Positions 1 to 10,161 of a DNA stretch of 64,000 nt are shown here, piece after piece. Under the pieces are notes generated by a model. The model was not told the DNA's origin. It ran no database searches and was given only the letters and a program-made list of their open reading frames with translations. The stretch lies in NCBI GenBank assembly GCA_963749915.1, contig CAVVOP010000005.1, forward strand, positions 320,001 to 384,000, given 5' to 3'. The first letter of the stretch is position 1. Each line of letters opens with the position of its first letter. The stretch is from an uncultured cyanobacterium (GTDB lineage: Bacteria > Cyanobacteriota > Cyanobacteriia > Cyanobacteriales > Cyanobacteriaceae). Position numbers and translations under genes: made by a program.

Positions 1-969
1 TTAGATGGTTATTTTGGATTAAATCCAGCGTTAAAAGATTTAATGCCATTATGGAAGAAAAAAGAACTTACTTTTATTCATGGTTGTGGATTACAAAACA
101 ATACTCGTTCTCATTTTCAAGCACAATATTACATGGAGAATGGGACTCCCTTAAATGATAAAAATAATCAAGGTTGGATGAATCGCCTATTGGCAGTCTT
201 ATCGGTGGAAAATCCCACTCAAGCAGTTAATCTTGGTTCTGTAACACCTCAAATTTTGCTCGGTTCAATGCCAGTGGCTAATTTGCCCAGGGGAAAAGAT
301 AACATAAAAAAACTATCGATGGGTAATTTAGTTGTCAACGAACTTTTTGATCAACTTTATAGTGGCAATGACCCTTTAAGTTTAGCTTATCAAGAAGGGA
401 AACAGACTAGAAAAATATTCATGAAAGAGTTAGAAAATGAAATGGTAGAGTCATCAAAAAACGCCCCTTCTAGTTATAATTTTGTCAAAGAAGCCAAACA
501 AATGGCTAAATTAATGGCTGGTGAAGCGCATACCCAATTAGGTTTTATTGATTTAGGACAATGGGATACTCATGTTAATCAATCCGCAAGATTTAATCAA
601 CTATTAATTCCTTTAGGAGAAGGATTAGCCACTTTAGTTAGAGAATTGGGTGATGTTTATGCTGACACGACTATTATCGTAATGTCCGAATTTGGACGTA
701 GGGTAGAAGAAAATGGGAATAGAGGGACGGATCATGGTCGTGGTAATGTTATGTGGATTTTAGGAAAAAATATTAAGGGAGGACAATTTTATGGAGAATG
801 GCCTACTTTGAAAAAAGAGGGGTTATTTGAAGGTAGGGATGTCAATGTTTCTACAGATTTTCGTGAACCCATTAGTCATATTTTGTCAAAAAATTTTAAT
901 TTTTCACCACAATTAGTTAGTCAAATTTTTCCTGATTTTAATGCTAAAAATAATTTAAACTTTTTATAA
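1..969 (+). CDS. DUF1501 domain-containing protein (5' end outside the window)
   Basis: Frame is open from base 1 (LDGYFGLNPALKDLMPLW). Motifs RSHF, WDTH, SEFGRR, GTDHG and STDFR are typical of DUF1501. Confidence 0.85.
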   Translation, partial: LDGYFGLNPALKDLMPLWKKKELTFIHGCGLQNNTRSHFQAQYYMENGTPLNDKNNQGWMNRLLAVLSVENPTQAVNLGSVTPQILLGSMPVANLPRGKDNIKKLSMGNLVVNELFDQLYSGNDPLSLAYQEGKQTRKIFMKELENEMVESSKNAPSSYNFVKEAKQMAKLMAGEAHTQLGFIDLGQWDTHVNQSARFNQLLIPLGEGLATLVRELGDVYADTTIIVMSEFGRRVEENGNRGTDHGRGNVMWILGKNIKGGQFYGEWPTLKKEGLFEGRDVNVSTDFREPISHILSKNFNFSPQLVSQIFPDFNAKNNLNFL

Positions 970-1090
970 GTTTATTAAATAATGTATGAAAAATATTTCA
1001 ACTGACTATCGCTTTTGGAGGTTAATTTTTTTATGATTGTAAGATAGTTAAATCAATGGTAAGATTGTATAAATTTAAAGACTGAAACTG

Positions 1091-2119
1091 GTGTCCTTCA
1101 ATACAATCATTCCCCAATTAACTATGGCGATCACTAATCAAGCGGAAAAAATAAACATCAAGTATCTGGAAAATCTTTCTCTTACTGTCGATGATGGTAC
1201 AGATATTATTCAAGGACTGACCAGCATACCGAAGAGTTTACCACCAAAATATTTTTATGATCGCCTTGGTTCAGAATTATTTGAAAGAATTTGTGATACA
1301 CCTGAATATTACCCTACCCGCACCGAAACCACTATTTTAACCACAGCCAGTAAAGAAATCGCCGACATAACAGGAATTTGTGAATTGGTGGAATTGGGTA
1401 GCGGTAGCTCAACGAAAACCCGTCTGTTATTATCAGCTTACGATAGTTTGGGCAAACCCTGGCAATATGTACCGATTGATGTTAGTAGTGAAATTCTCAA
1501 AAATAGTGCCTTACAGTTACACAGAGAATATGACAATCTCTTCATTTTAGGCCTAGTGGGAACTTATGAACAGGCTTTATTACAACTTCCCCCGTCTTCT
1601 TTACCTCGACGAATGATCATTTTTTTAGGCAGTACATTAGGTAATTTTACTCATGAACAAAGCGATGGACTATTCAAGGAAGTAAGGGATATATTGCAAG
1701 TGGGAGATTATTTTTTATTGGGCATAGATTTACAAAAACCCATAGACATTTTAGAGGCGGCTTATAATGATCGTCAAGGCATAACGGCAGCATTTAATCT
1801 TAATATCTTATCTCATCTTAACTGGCGTTTTGGGGGAAATTTTGACATCAATTTATTTAAGCATCAAGCAATTTATAACCAAGAAAAACAACAAATTGAG
1901 ATGTATTTATATGCTAATCAAGTTCATCGGGTCAGATTAAATAAATTAGATTTAGATATAACATTCAAAAAAAATGAGCATGTTCTAACGGAAATTTCTC
2001 GTAAGTTTAGCTTAGATCAAATGCAAGATTTTTTAGCTATTCATCAATTAAATACTGTTAAATGTTGGACTGATAAAAATAACTATTTCGGTTTAATTTT
2101 AACTCAACTTTGTACCTAA
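1091..2119 (+). CDS. egtD: L-histidine N-alpha-methyltransferase (ergothioneine biosynthesis)
   Basis: Motifs PPKYFYD, PEYYPTRTE, ELGSGSSTKT, FLGSTLGN, AAYND and TEISRKF. Real start may be ATG 1124. Confidence 0.95.
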   Translation: MSFNTIIPQLTMAITNQAEKINIKYLENLSLTVDDGTDIIQGLTSIPKSLPPKYFYDRLGSELFERICDTPEYYPTRTETTILTTASKEIADITGICELVELGSGSSTKTRLLLSAYDSLGKPWQYVPIDVSSEILKNSALQLHREYDNLFILGLVGTYEQALLQLPPSSLPRRMIIFLGSTLGNFTHEQSDGLFKEVRDILQVGDYFLLGIDLQKPIDILEAAYNDRQGITAAFNLNILSHLNWRFGGNFDINLFKHQAIYNQEKQQIEMYLYANQVHRVRLNKLDLDITFKKNEHVLTEISRKFSLDQMQDFLAIHQLNTVKCWTDKNNYFGLILTQLCT

Positions 2120-2224
2120 AAATGGTTCGGGTTCCTAGTTAAACATTAGGGGTTAATAACGAACTATGAGAATGAAGCTAAAGCCTTTACTACAAACTTA
2201 ATTTTTAGGAAATCTTCTGATTTT

Positions 2225-3565
2225 ATGCTATTAACTAACAAGCATCAAACTTTGTTATTGAATCAATGCAGTAAAAGTGAAATTATTAATTATTTAACGT
2301 CAGCTTGGGAAACAGAAGACTTATTATGGAAAAGTATTATGAATCCTGAAACTTTTTATCGAAATCCTGACCCTTTACGCAATCCTCTTATTTTTTATTT
2401 AGGACATTCTGCGGTATTTTATATCAATAAGTTAGTCACCGTTGGTTTATTAAAAGATAGTGACAGAATTAACCCTCACTATGAAACATTATATGAGATG
2501 GGGGTAGATCCTGAAACACCAACAGAATTACAAAATGCGATCGCATTGATAAAATGGGCTAAAGTAGAAAAATTATGGCAATATCGTCACCAAGCCTATG
2601 AGACTATTATTAATGTCATCGAAAAAACCCCTTTAACCTTACCCATAACTCCCCATAGTGTTTGGTGGGGAATAGTCATGAGTATCGAACATCAACGGAT
2701 ACACATAGAAACTTCTTCCATGTTAATTCGACAGTTGCCAGTAGAATTAGTTGAAAAACCTGATTCATGGCATTATTATGCAACGTCCAGAGGAAAACCC
2801 CCTCAAAATGAGATGATAACCGTCGAAGGAGGAATCGTGACATTAGGGAAGAAAAAAAACGACCATCTTTACGGTTGGGATGTTGATTTTGGCGAAAGAG
2901 AAGTAGCTGTTAACCCCTTTCAAATCAGTAAATATATGATTAGCAACGGCGAATTTTTAGAATTTATTAAGGAAGAGGGTTATAACAATAAAAATTATTG
3001 GGACGAAATAGCTTGGCAATGGAAAGAAAAAAATAAGGTTAATCTTCCTAAATTTTGGCGAAAATCAGCAGAAAGTTATTGTTATCGACTGATGTTTGAT
3101 GAAATCGAGTTACCCTTGGACTTCCCCGTAGAAGTAAATCACCATGAAGCCATGGCCTATTGTCATTATCTGGGAGAAAAATTGGGGCAAAAATATCATT
3201 TAATGAGTGAAGCACAATGGCATCTTGCCAAAGAAAAAAGTCATGAAGATATCAACAATTATAACCTGAACTGGAAATTGATTTCTCCTCATCCTGTGGG
3301 CGGTTTAGACTCCGCCAAAAGTGATCAAGGCATTTACGACTTAAGGGGCAATGTGTGGGAATGGTTGGGGGATATTTTTACCCCATTATCGGGTTTTAAA
3401 ACCCATTCTCTCTATGAAGATTATTCTGCACCTTTTTTCGATAATCGTCATTATATGCTTATCGGTGGATCGTGGGCAACCAACGGTTATGAGGCAACAC
3501 TCTATTATCGTAATTGGTTTCGTCCTTATTTTTATCAACACGCAGGATTCAGAATTACCCTGTAG
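2225..3565 (+). CDS. ovoA: Short OvoA-type non-heme Fe sulfoxide synthase (DinB_2 + FGE-sulfatase, no C-terminal methyltransferase); probably acts as EgtB
   Basis: OvoA-family motifs PLRNPLIFYLGH, EHQRIHIETSS (HxxxHxE), GNVWEW and FYQHAGFR. Ends at 446 aa and lies directly after egtD. Confidence 0.88.
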   Translation: MLLTNKHQTLLLNQCSKSEIINYLTSAWETEDLLWKSIMNPETFYRNPDPLRNPLIFYLGHSAVFYINKLVTVGLLKDSDRINPHYETLYEMGVDPETPTELQNAIALIKWAKVEKLWQYRHQAYETIINVIEKTPLTLPITPHSVWWGIVMSIEHQRIHIETSSMLIRQLPVELVEKPDSWHYYATSRGKPPQNEMITVEGGIVTLGKKKNDHLYGWDVDFGEREVAVNPFQISKYMISNGEFLEFIKEEGYNNKNYWDEIAWQWKEKNKVNLPKFWRKSAESYCYRLMFDEIELPLDFPVEVNHHEAMAYCHYLGEKLGQKYHLMSEAQWHLAKEKSHEDINNYNLNWKLISPHPVGGLDSAKSDQGIYDLRGNVWEWLGDIFTPLSGFKTHSLYEDYSAPFFDNRHYMLIGGSWATNGYEATLYYRNWFRPYFYQHAGFRITL

Positions 3566-3585
3566 GCACGAGGTAATAAATTAAA

Positions 3586-4065
3586 TTAATTGATCTGTTT
3601 CATAAGGGTAGCCATTTCTAAGGCATTCATCGCATAACCCCAACCATGATTACTTTTTATTCCGGCTCTTTCTAAGGCTTGTTGCATGGTATCAGTAGTT
3701 AAAATACCAAAAATAATCGGTATCCCGGTTTGCAGACCTACCGTGGCAATACCTTTCGCCGCTTCGTTACTTACGTAGTCAAAATGAGGGGTATCGCCTC
3801 TAATTACTGCACCTAAACAAATAACGGCATCATAACGCCCTGTCAACGCCAATTTACGAGCAACTAAGGGCACTTCAAAACTTCCTGGTACCCAGGCATA
3901 ATCGACTTGATTACCTTCGGGATTAATATCAACACCGTGTCTTTTTAAACAATCTTGACAACCTGCTAATAATTTATTGGTGATTAAATCATTAAAACGC
4001 CCGATGACTAAGGCAAAACGTAGACTAGAGGTATCTTGATGAAAATTTCCTTCAAAAACTGTCAT
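3586..4065 (-). CDS. ribH: 6,7-dimethyl-8-ribityllumazine synthase
   Basis: Motifs [22 protein letters not shown] and [10 protein letters not shown]. Confidence 0.97.
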   Translation of the reverse strand: MTVFEGNFHQDTSSLRFALVIGRFNDLITNKLLAGCQDCLKRHGVDINPEGNQVDYAWVPGSFEVPLVARKLALTGRYDAVICLGAVIRGDTPHFDYVSNEAAKGIATVGLQTGIPIIFGILTTDTMQQALERAGIKSNHGWGYAMNALEMATLMKQIN

Positions 4066-4189
4066 TTATTCCAGTACATAATTTATGTCTAATAATTTGG
4101 TGAGCAAAAATACTTATAATTTTTATTAACTTTTGCCCACCAGATAAATCTCAAAATTGAGTTTTTATATTTCTTAACAAAAAGTTTTT

Positions 4190-4378
4190 TTAAACTACGA
4201 AAAAGTTTAATATTGCTACTGCCACTACTAAAACAATCCATAACCCAGAACCCAAATAGAGTATGGATTTAGACTGTTCCCAATTTTGAGGAGAAGCATA
4301 AGCAACGGGTACATATACGATCATCACAAAAGAGAAAAACACTAAGGCTGTTAAAAGTAATTGGAACAATACTGACAT
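4190..4378 (-). CDS. psbZ: Photosystem II reaction center protein Z
   Basis: 62 aa, two TM helices, [15 protein letters not shown]. Confidence 0.96.
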   Translation of the reverse strand: MSVLFQLLLTALVFFSFVMIVYVPVAYASPQNWEQSKSILYLGSGLWIVLVVAVAILNFFVV

Positions 4379-4576
4379 TTTTTTATCTCCTGAAAAATAT
4401 ATTGTTTTACTAACTGAACTTTCTGAGATTATTTTATGCTAATTTGTGTCTTTATGAGCAATCAATTCTCTGTTTCAGTTACTGATTGGCGTTAAAAGTG
4501 ATATCTTATCTTAATACTTACTTTTTATCTGTGGTCTTTTTCCCCTATTAATTTAATCATAATCACTGGACGATTG

Positions 4577-5221
4577 CTAATCACTTTGAAGATAAATACT
4601 GATAATATCAGTAGGCAAATAATTGAGTAATCGAGAATGAGCTTGAATATAATAGGCTTTGATTTCCGCTAAAGTAATATTATCTTTTTGTTGTCGTAAA
4701 TATTGTAGAATTTTGTTATCTTCCCACCCAAATTTATCTTTGGTTACCAAAATTATTCTTTCCATTGGGGATAATTTTTCTAAGGATTTTTGAAGGTAAT
4801 ATTTTAAGGGAAAATATCTTAATTGAAAGTCATAATCACTACTATAAACTTGACTGATAATGACTTTTTCATCGTTAAAAAATTGCTGACTTAACTCCAA
4901 AATTGTGTCGGGAAAGTTAGTTTGTTCTGAAATTTTATACCTGAGCAATTCATCGATCATAAAAAACCATAAACGCTCAAAATAATCTTTTTTGATTTCT
5001 ATTTTATTCAAGCCATCGCCAATAGATTTTGTTAAGTTAAGATAGCGATAAAATAAAATAATTAAATATCTAGCATGGGAAGGATTTTTTTGCCATAATT
5101 TCCATAGTTGAATATCATCAATGGCCTGTAATGGTTTAATTAATTCATGATTTAATTCAGGAAAAACATCATTATCAACGTTCATAATCAGTAATAATAT
5201 TAAATTAGATTTATTGCTCAA
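4577..5221 (-). CDS. Divergent sigma-70-like conserved cyanobacterial protein
   Basis: N-terminal FPELNHELIKPL and C-terminal region-4-like LEKLSPMERIILVTKDKFGW. Divergent from the glyoxalase-like gene. Confidence 0.55.
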   Translation of the reverse strand: MSNKSNLILLLIMNVDNDVFPELNHELIKPLQAIDDIQLWKLWQKNPSHARYLIILFYRYLNLTKSIGDGLNKIEIKKDYFERLWFFMIDELLRYKISEQTNFPDTILELSQQFFNDEKVIISQVYSSDYDFQLRYFPLKYYLQKSLEKLSPMERIILVTKDKFGWEDNKILQYLRQQKDNITLAEIKAYYIQAHSRLLNYLPTDIISIYLQSD

Positions 5222-5273
5222 AGGGCGATGGATATTTCATAATAGACAAAAAGGTTTAATATTTTAGACTGAT

Positions 5274-5849
5274 ATGATTATAAATGGCAATTTAACTATC
5301 GTTAATTTTTATTTGAACGTGTTTTTTCCTGAAGTAACGGATACCTTGTTCTCTACTCAAGGGATCATGGTAATGTTATTGATCGCCTATGGTGGTGCAA
5401 TGTGGATGTTTTTAACCAGCGCCCCCAAGGTTTATACTGTGATGGTATCGGATTTGAATATTGCCCAAGAATTTTATCGAGAAATACTCGGTTTGCCCAT
5501 GGCTGATATTCCTCTACACTATTACTATAACTATGAACAAAGTTTAGGAGCTAGTAGTTTTGATCCGATTTACATGGGTTCAACGGTTAATGATAGGATG
5601 GTAAAGCCCCATGATGGTCTCTGGTATCAATTAAAGAAAAATACCCAATTACACATTATTGGCGGTGCAAGTTTAGGTTATAAGCATTGTCAGCGTCATG
5701 TTTGTTTTGATCATGAATGCTTAGAAGCCTTATTATTAAGAGTACAGTCTCGACGTTTAAGATATAAAATTCGCAAAGAAAATCCTCTTAATTTTTTGGT
5801 TAAAGACTATGACAATCGTGTGATTGAAATGGCAGAAGTAAATAATTGA
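5274..5849 (+). CDS. Glyoxalase/VOC-like domain protein with N-terminal TM segment
   Basis: Motifs VMVSDLNIAQEFYREILGL, QLHII, RHVCFD and VKDYDNRVIE. Confidence 0.75.
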   Translation: MIINGNLTIVNFYLNVFFPEVTDTLFSTQGIMVMLLIAYGGAMWMFLTSAPKVYTVMVSDLNIAQEFYREILGLPMADIPLHYYYNYEQSLGASSFDPIYMGSTVNDRMVKPHDGLWYQLKKNTQLHIIGGASLGYKHCQRHVCFDHECLEALLLRVQSRRLRYKIRKENPLNFLVKDYDNRVIEMAEVNN

Positions 5850-6055
5850 TCCTTGACCTATCATGACACTTTTCGAGAAGGTAAATTAAGATCTGTTTAA
5901 AATATCTAATATCTTTAATTACTTAGTTTGAGAGTTAAGTCCTTAAGTAATGAGCGTTATAAGAGTATAATAATCATAAATTGTCAAAAACAAAATTATC
6001 AGTTTCGTTAGATTGATATTATCTAAAGGCTTATATCATTTTAGGAGAATAAATC

Positions 6056-6394
6056 GTGAGCGAAAATTGGGAAAACCAACAACAAAATGAGCAGACTAAA
6101 CAAACTGAGGGGACATCTGCCCTCAAATTGGCAAATAAATATCCATTATCATTCGGAAATCGTCCCATAGAACCCAGTCATTTACAAATCGTCAATACTT
6201 ATACTACTGTCGGTAGTTTACGACCTGTTACCAAAAGTGGGCTAGACATTAAGGAAATGATGACTCTTTCGGGTTCACGTCCTATTACTGCAAGTCATCT
6301 TAATATTAGTCAAGAATTTAAGGTTATGGGTAATCGTCCTGTAGCCTCTAATCAAATTGATGATGTTCTCCTTTTAATGGGTTATCTCGACTAA
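6056..6394 (+). CDS. Conserved cyanobacterial hypothetical protein with internal GNRP repeats
   Basis: AGGAG RBS. Repeated GxRP[IV] motif, ends LMGYLD. Confidence 0.75.
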   Translation: MSENWENQQQNEQTKQTEGTSALKLANKYPLSFGNRPIEPSHLQIVNTYTTVGSLRPVTKSGLDIKEMMTLSGSRPITASHLNISQEFKVMGNRPVASNQIDDVLLLMGYLD

Positions 6395-6553
6395 GAGATT
6401 TTTACCATTAGCGATTAACAATTAACAATGTGCTTATCAAAAACACAATCTACTTTAAGAAGCCACAGTAAGTTCAGGGGAGAATCGCGTTCACCCGAAT
6501 TAATGTCAGAAATTTAATCATTGTTCATTGTCAATTGTCCATGGTTAAATTGC

Positions 6554-7258
6554 TTAAAATTCTCTTACCGAAGGCTTACCGTCAATAATTTCCCCTACGA
6601 GAATAACGTCAGCTACCCCCACAAATAAACCGTTTTCTAAAACTCCCGGAAGGTTGTTAATTTTTGTTTCTAATTCCCTAGGGTTATCGATACCATCGAA
6701 TTTAACATCGATAACAAGATTACCTTGATCAGTCACTACTGGACCCGCTTTTTTGATACCCATTCTTAACTCTGGTTCACCGCCTAAGGCCTCTAATTGG
6801 CGGATTACTGGGGTTATTGCCATGGGGATTACTTCAACGGGTAAAAGGAAAGTTGAACCTAATTTATCGACTAATTTACCGCCATCAACCACGACGATAA
6901 ATTCATTGGCTAAACTATCAACTACTTTTTCACGGGTATGCGCCGCGCCACCACCTTTGATGAGGTTTTTTTGAGGATCAACTTCGTCCGCACCATCAAT
7001 GGCCACGTCAATATGATCGATCGCATCTAAGGTTGTTAAGGGAATACCGTATTTTTTCGCCAAAACTTCCGCTTGAAACGAAGTAGGTACACCGACAATA
7101 TTAGTTAACTCCCCCGAAGCTAATCTTTCGCCGATATATTGGATCGCATAGGCAGTAGTTGACCCTGTACCCAAACCAACGATAGAATTGGATTTTACTC
7201 GGTCAGCAGCGGCTTTTCCCACTTCCTGTTTCATCACAATTACTGGATCTGTAGTCAT
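6554..7258 (-). CDS. rpiA: Ribose-5-phosphate isomerase A
   Basis: Motifs GLGTGST, DGADEVD and [11 protein letters not shown]. Start placed at MTTDPV. Confidence 0.97.
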   Translation of the reverse strand: MTTDPVIVMKQEVGKAAADRVKSNSIVGLGTGSTTAYAIQYIGERLASGELTNIVGVPTSFQAEVLAKKYGIPLTTLDAIDHIDVAIDGADEVDPQKNLIKGGGAAHTREKVVDSLANEFIVVVDGGKLVDKLGSTFLLPVEVIPMAITPVIRQLEALGGEPELRMGIKKAGPVVTDQGNLVIDVKFDGIDNPRELETKINNLPGVLENGLFVGVADVILVGEIIDGKPSVREF

Positions 7259-7351
7259 ATTTATATTTTTTTTCAATAATAATCAATCATTATCCGTGAT
7301 CCCAGATCATTAATCAATGTAAAATGTAATCTGAATTTTCAAGATTAAATC

Positions 7352-8260
7352 TTATTTTTTGTCAGACTTTTTAAAAGGGAAGAAAACCACAGGAAACCAA
7401 CTATGGTGTAATACTTGTTGGGTGAAACTTTTCACGGTCCAATCTAATAAATTATCGTGATCATCAGCAATGGCGATGGCATTAATATCATAAGTAAAAG
7501 CGGCATTAAGAGTTTCTTTCAGAGGATTACCCTTAGTAACCATAACTTCTATTTCTAAACCGAGGGATTCTAAATCTTCTTTTATCGTTGCCAATTTTTC
7601 TTTCGCATCTTGGACAGAGTTTTCCACAATAAGATCTGATCGAGAAACATCGTCAATCACTGCAAGGAAGAGGTATTTGTGTTTAGTTCGACTCGGTTTT
7701 TTGGTGGCATATAATTTAATTTGTTCGACGAGATAACGGGCATTTTCCACGTCATAACAAGGAATCAACCAATAATTATTGAGATGACGACAACGAAGTT
7801 TAAGTTCTTCTGTTGTATAAACTGAGATCAGTTGGGGGCGCAAAATCATGATCGGGATCCTCACTTTTTTGCCTAAATCCATCGTTGTTGAACCGAAAAT
7901 GCGCTCTTGCAATGAACTACGCAAGGGAGTTCCCGTAATAATCACATCTGGATTATGTTTCTTAATGATCTTCAAAATATTATCTGTTATTCCCCCTGAG
8001 GTAACTTCTATGTTAACTTTAACGGGATCCCGAGGTGGTGCTGTGCGATCGCCATCATAAGCCAAGGCAGAAGATAATTTTTCCTTTGCCAGTGCGATTT
8101 CCTCCTTATTAATTCGCGGTACTTGTCCCTGTTCCCATAAAGGGACATTATGTAAAAAAGTAATTTCTGTTAAGCCGCTATCTGCCAAAGATTCGACATA
8201 AGACACTAATCTTTGCAAACCGTCGGTTAAATCCGTACAAATTAAACAACGCTGAAACAT
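7352..8260 (-). CDS. Tandem-domain universal stress protein
   Basis: MFQRCLICTDLTDG, IFGSTT and a second USP domain. Confidence 0.85.
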   Translation of the reverse strand: MFQRCLICTDLTDGLQRLVSYVESLADSGLTEITFLHNVPLWEQGQVPRINKEEIALAKEKLSSALAYDGDRTAPPRDPVKVNIEVTSGGITDNILKIIKKHNPDVIITGTPLRSSLQERIFGSTTMDLGKKVRIPIMILRPQLISVYTTEELKLRCRHLNNYWLIPCYDVENARYLVEQIKLYATKKPSRTKHKYLFLAVIDDVSRSDLIVENSVQDAKEKLATIKEDLESLGLEIEVMVTKGNPLKETLNAAFTYDINAIAIADDHDNLLDWTVKSFTQQVLHHSWFPVVFFPFKKSDKK

Positions 8261-8359
8261 AATCCGTTTTGTCTCCAGTTATTTTTAAAATAGATCAATC
8301 TTATTTCAGATTAACATTTTAATATCAATCAACCATCAACTATGAACCCCATTATTCAC

Positions 8360-8554
8360 CAATACTGCGAGGGTTTTGGAAAATATAATTGTCGGCGGTG
8401 GTAAGGCAGGAGGCAGGAGGCAGTGCCCGCGTCGGCGAAAGACGCACTTGGTAGCGCACCAAGAGAGAGGGCAGAAGGTAGTAAATTCCTGTCACTTATT
8501 ACTTATTACTTCGTCCCAACGACAACGTTTTCGGCACGCTTCCGAACAGTATTG
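8360..8554. mobile_element. 195-bp MITE (IS4-like ends) with a 10-bp target-site duplication
   Basis: Ends CAATACTG...CAGTATTG. CATTATTCAC is repeated directly at 8350-8359 and 8555-8564. Confidence 0.88.
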
Positions 8555-8556
8555 CA

Positions 8557-9153
8557 TTATTCACTGATTTTCTCACCACTTAAAATAAAAACGGGTGCGA
8601 TCGCCGCAAATACCTGACTTAATCCCCTTGTTTCTAAACGATTTATTGAAGATTGAACAACCTCTACATTTCTTGCTTGTAACTCTGCTAATCCTTCAGA
8701 AATGTGGTAAAGATTCTCTAAATTACTAGCCATGGCCACCACCCTGCCCTGCAAAGGTAAATAGTCCCACACCTGCTTTAAAATGTCCTTAACAGACTTG
8801 CCACCCCCAATACAAACGCGATCGGGTTTTGGGGTTATACTGTCAAAACAATCAGGTGCATTGCCTTCTATTACTTTAATGTTGCTAATCCCAAAACGCT
8901 GACAATTTTTTCTAATCAAACTAGAGACATCCGGATCTCTTTCAATGGCGATGACAGTGGTTTTAGGACAAAGTAAGGCAATTTCGATGGAAATAGTGCC
9001 TGTACCGGCACCAATGTCCCAAATAACAGAATTTTCTTCTAATCTTAACCCCGATAATATTAACAATCTAACTTCTTTTTTCGTTAAAGGAATGCCGGGT
9101 AAACGTTCAAAAAGTTCGTCAGGAATACCGGGGGTTTTATATTGCCAAGTCAT
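8557..9153 (-). CDS. cbiT: Precorrin-6Y C5,15-methyltransferase (decarboxylating) subunit
   Basis: Motifs PGIPDELF, PLTKKEVR and WDIGAGTGTISIE. Confidence 0.93.
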   Translation of the reverse strand: MTWQYKTPGIPDELFERLPGIPLTKKEVRLLILSGLRLEENSVIWDIGAGTGTISIEIALLCPKTTVIAIERDPDVSSLIRKNCQRFGISNIKVIEGNAPDCFDSITPKPDRVCIGGGKSVKDILKQVWDYLPLQGRVVAMASNLENLYHISEGLAELQARNVEVVQSSINRLETRGLSQVFAAIAPVFILSGEKISE

Positions 9154-9169
9154 AGTTATAATTAATGAT

Positions 9170-9499
9170 TTAGTTGCGTTTGCTCAAATTTTGACTCCAA
9201 AGGCGAGAAATGAGGATTAAACAAATTAAAAAATAAGTGGTTGTGATAATTCCGTTAAAATACAGTAACCTGATAGAAAGTAAGTCAGAAGTAATATTCC
9301 CCCCCACCCATAAAGTACTATAAGCAATTAACCAGGCCATACCCAATTTTAAAGAAAGACGGCTAGTTTTTTTTCGTTGTGAATCAAGATTATGGGGAAA
9401 ATACGTCAGATTAATTAAAGCCCAAACAGGGCCAAATAGAGGCATCAGATACAACGATAATTGAAATTTATCCAGATTTTGTTGTCTATTTTCACCCAT
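9170..9499 (-). CDS. Hypothetical membrane protein
   Basis: 109-aa hydrophobic ORF between smpB and cbiT on the same strand. Confidence 0.7.
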   Translation of the reverse strand: MGENRQQNLDKFQLSLYLMPLFGPVWALINLTYFPHNLDSQRKKTSRLSLKLGMAWLIAYSTLWVGGNITSDLLSIRLLYFNGIITTTYFLICLILISRLWSQNLSKRN

Positions 9500-9523
9500 A
9501 TAAGTTCAGAATTGATAATTGAA

Positions 9524-9988
9524 TTAAAATCGTTTCATTGCCCTAGCCATTTCTCTTTGATCTTCTCTACGTTTAACTGTCTCTCGTTTATCGTGAAGTT
9601 TTTTACCCTTCCCAAGTCCTAAACTTATTTTAATCCAATGACCTTTAAGATACATTTTCAGGGGAATTAAAGTTAACCCTTTTTGTTCTAGTAAACCAAC
9701 TAATTTATTAATTTCTTTTTTATGTAACAATAATTTACGATTACGGCGAGGTTCGTGATTGAAATACCTACCACTAATTTCATAGGGAGAAATATGCACG
9801 TTACTCAACCATGCTTCCCCGTTGCGAATCAAAGCATAACCATCCCGTAAGTTAACCTTACCCATGCGAATAGATTTAACTTCCGTACCTGTCAACTCAA
9901 TTCCAGCCTCATAGGTTTCTAAAATTTCGTATAAATATCTCGCTTGACGATTATCGCTGACAATTTTTACGGGTAGTTTTTCAATCAT
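9524..9988 (-). CDS. smpB: SsrA-binding protein
   Basis: Motifs [31 protein letters not shown] and GKKLHDKRE. Confidence 0.98.
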   Translation of the reverse strand: MIEKLPVKIVSDNRQARYLYEILETYEAGIELTGTEVKSIRMGKVNLRDGYALIRNGEAWLSNVHISPYEISGRYFNHEPRRNRKLLLHKKEINKLVGLLEQKGLTLIPLKMYLKGHWIKISLGLGKGKKLHDKRETVKRREDQREMARAMKRF

Positions 9989-10161
9989 GGAAAGGTAAAT
10001 CTCAACAGGCAGTACTTATATGATAACCCACCGTTCGCCCATTTTAGCTCACGGTCGATATGTTATTGAATTGTAATTAGCCATGGGCAAAAGATCTGGC
10101 TCTTCTGCTTTGAGTATAATAATTTGTTAGCTAAAAAAGGTTTTAGGTATTAGGTGTTAGG

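Noticed and set aside
8376..8617. Short ORFs 8376-8567 and 8423-8617
   Set aside because: They are translations of the MITE and its repeats.
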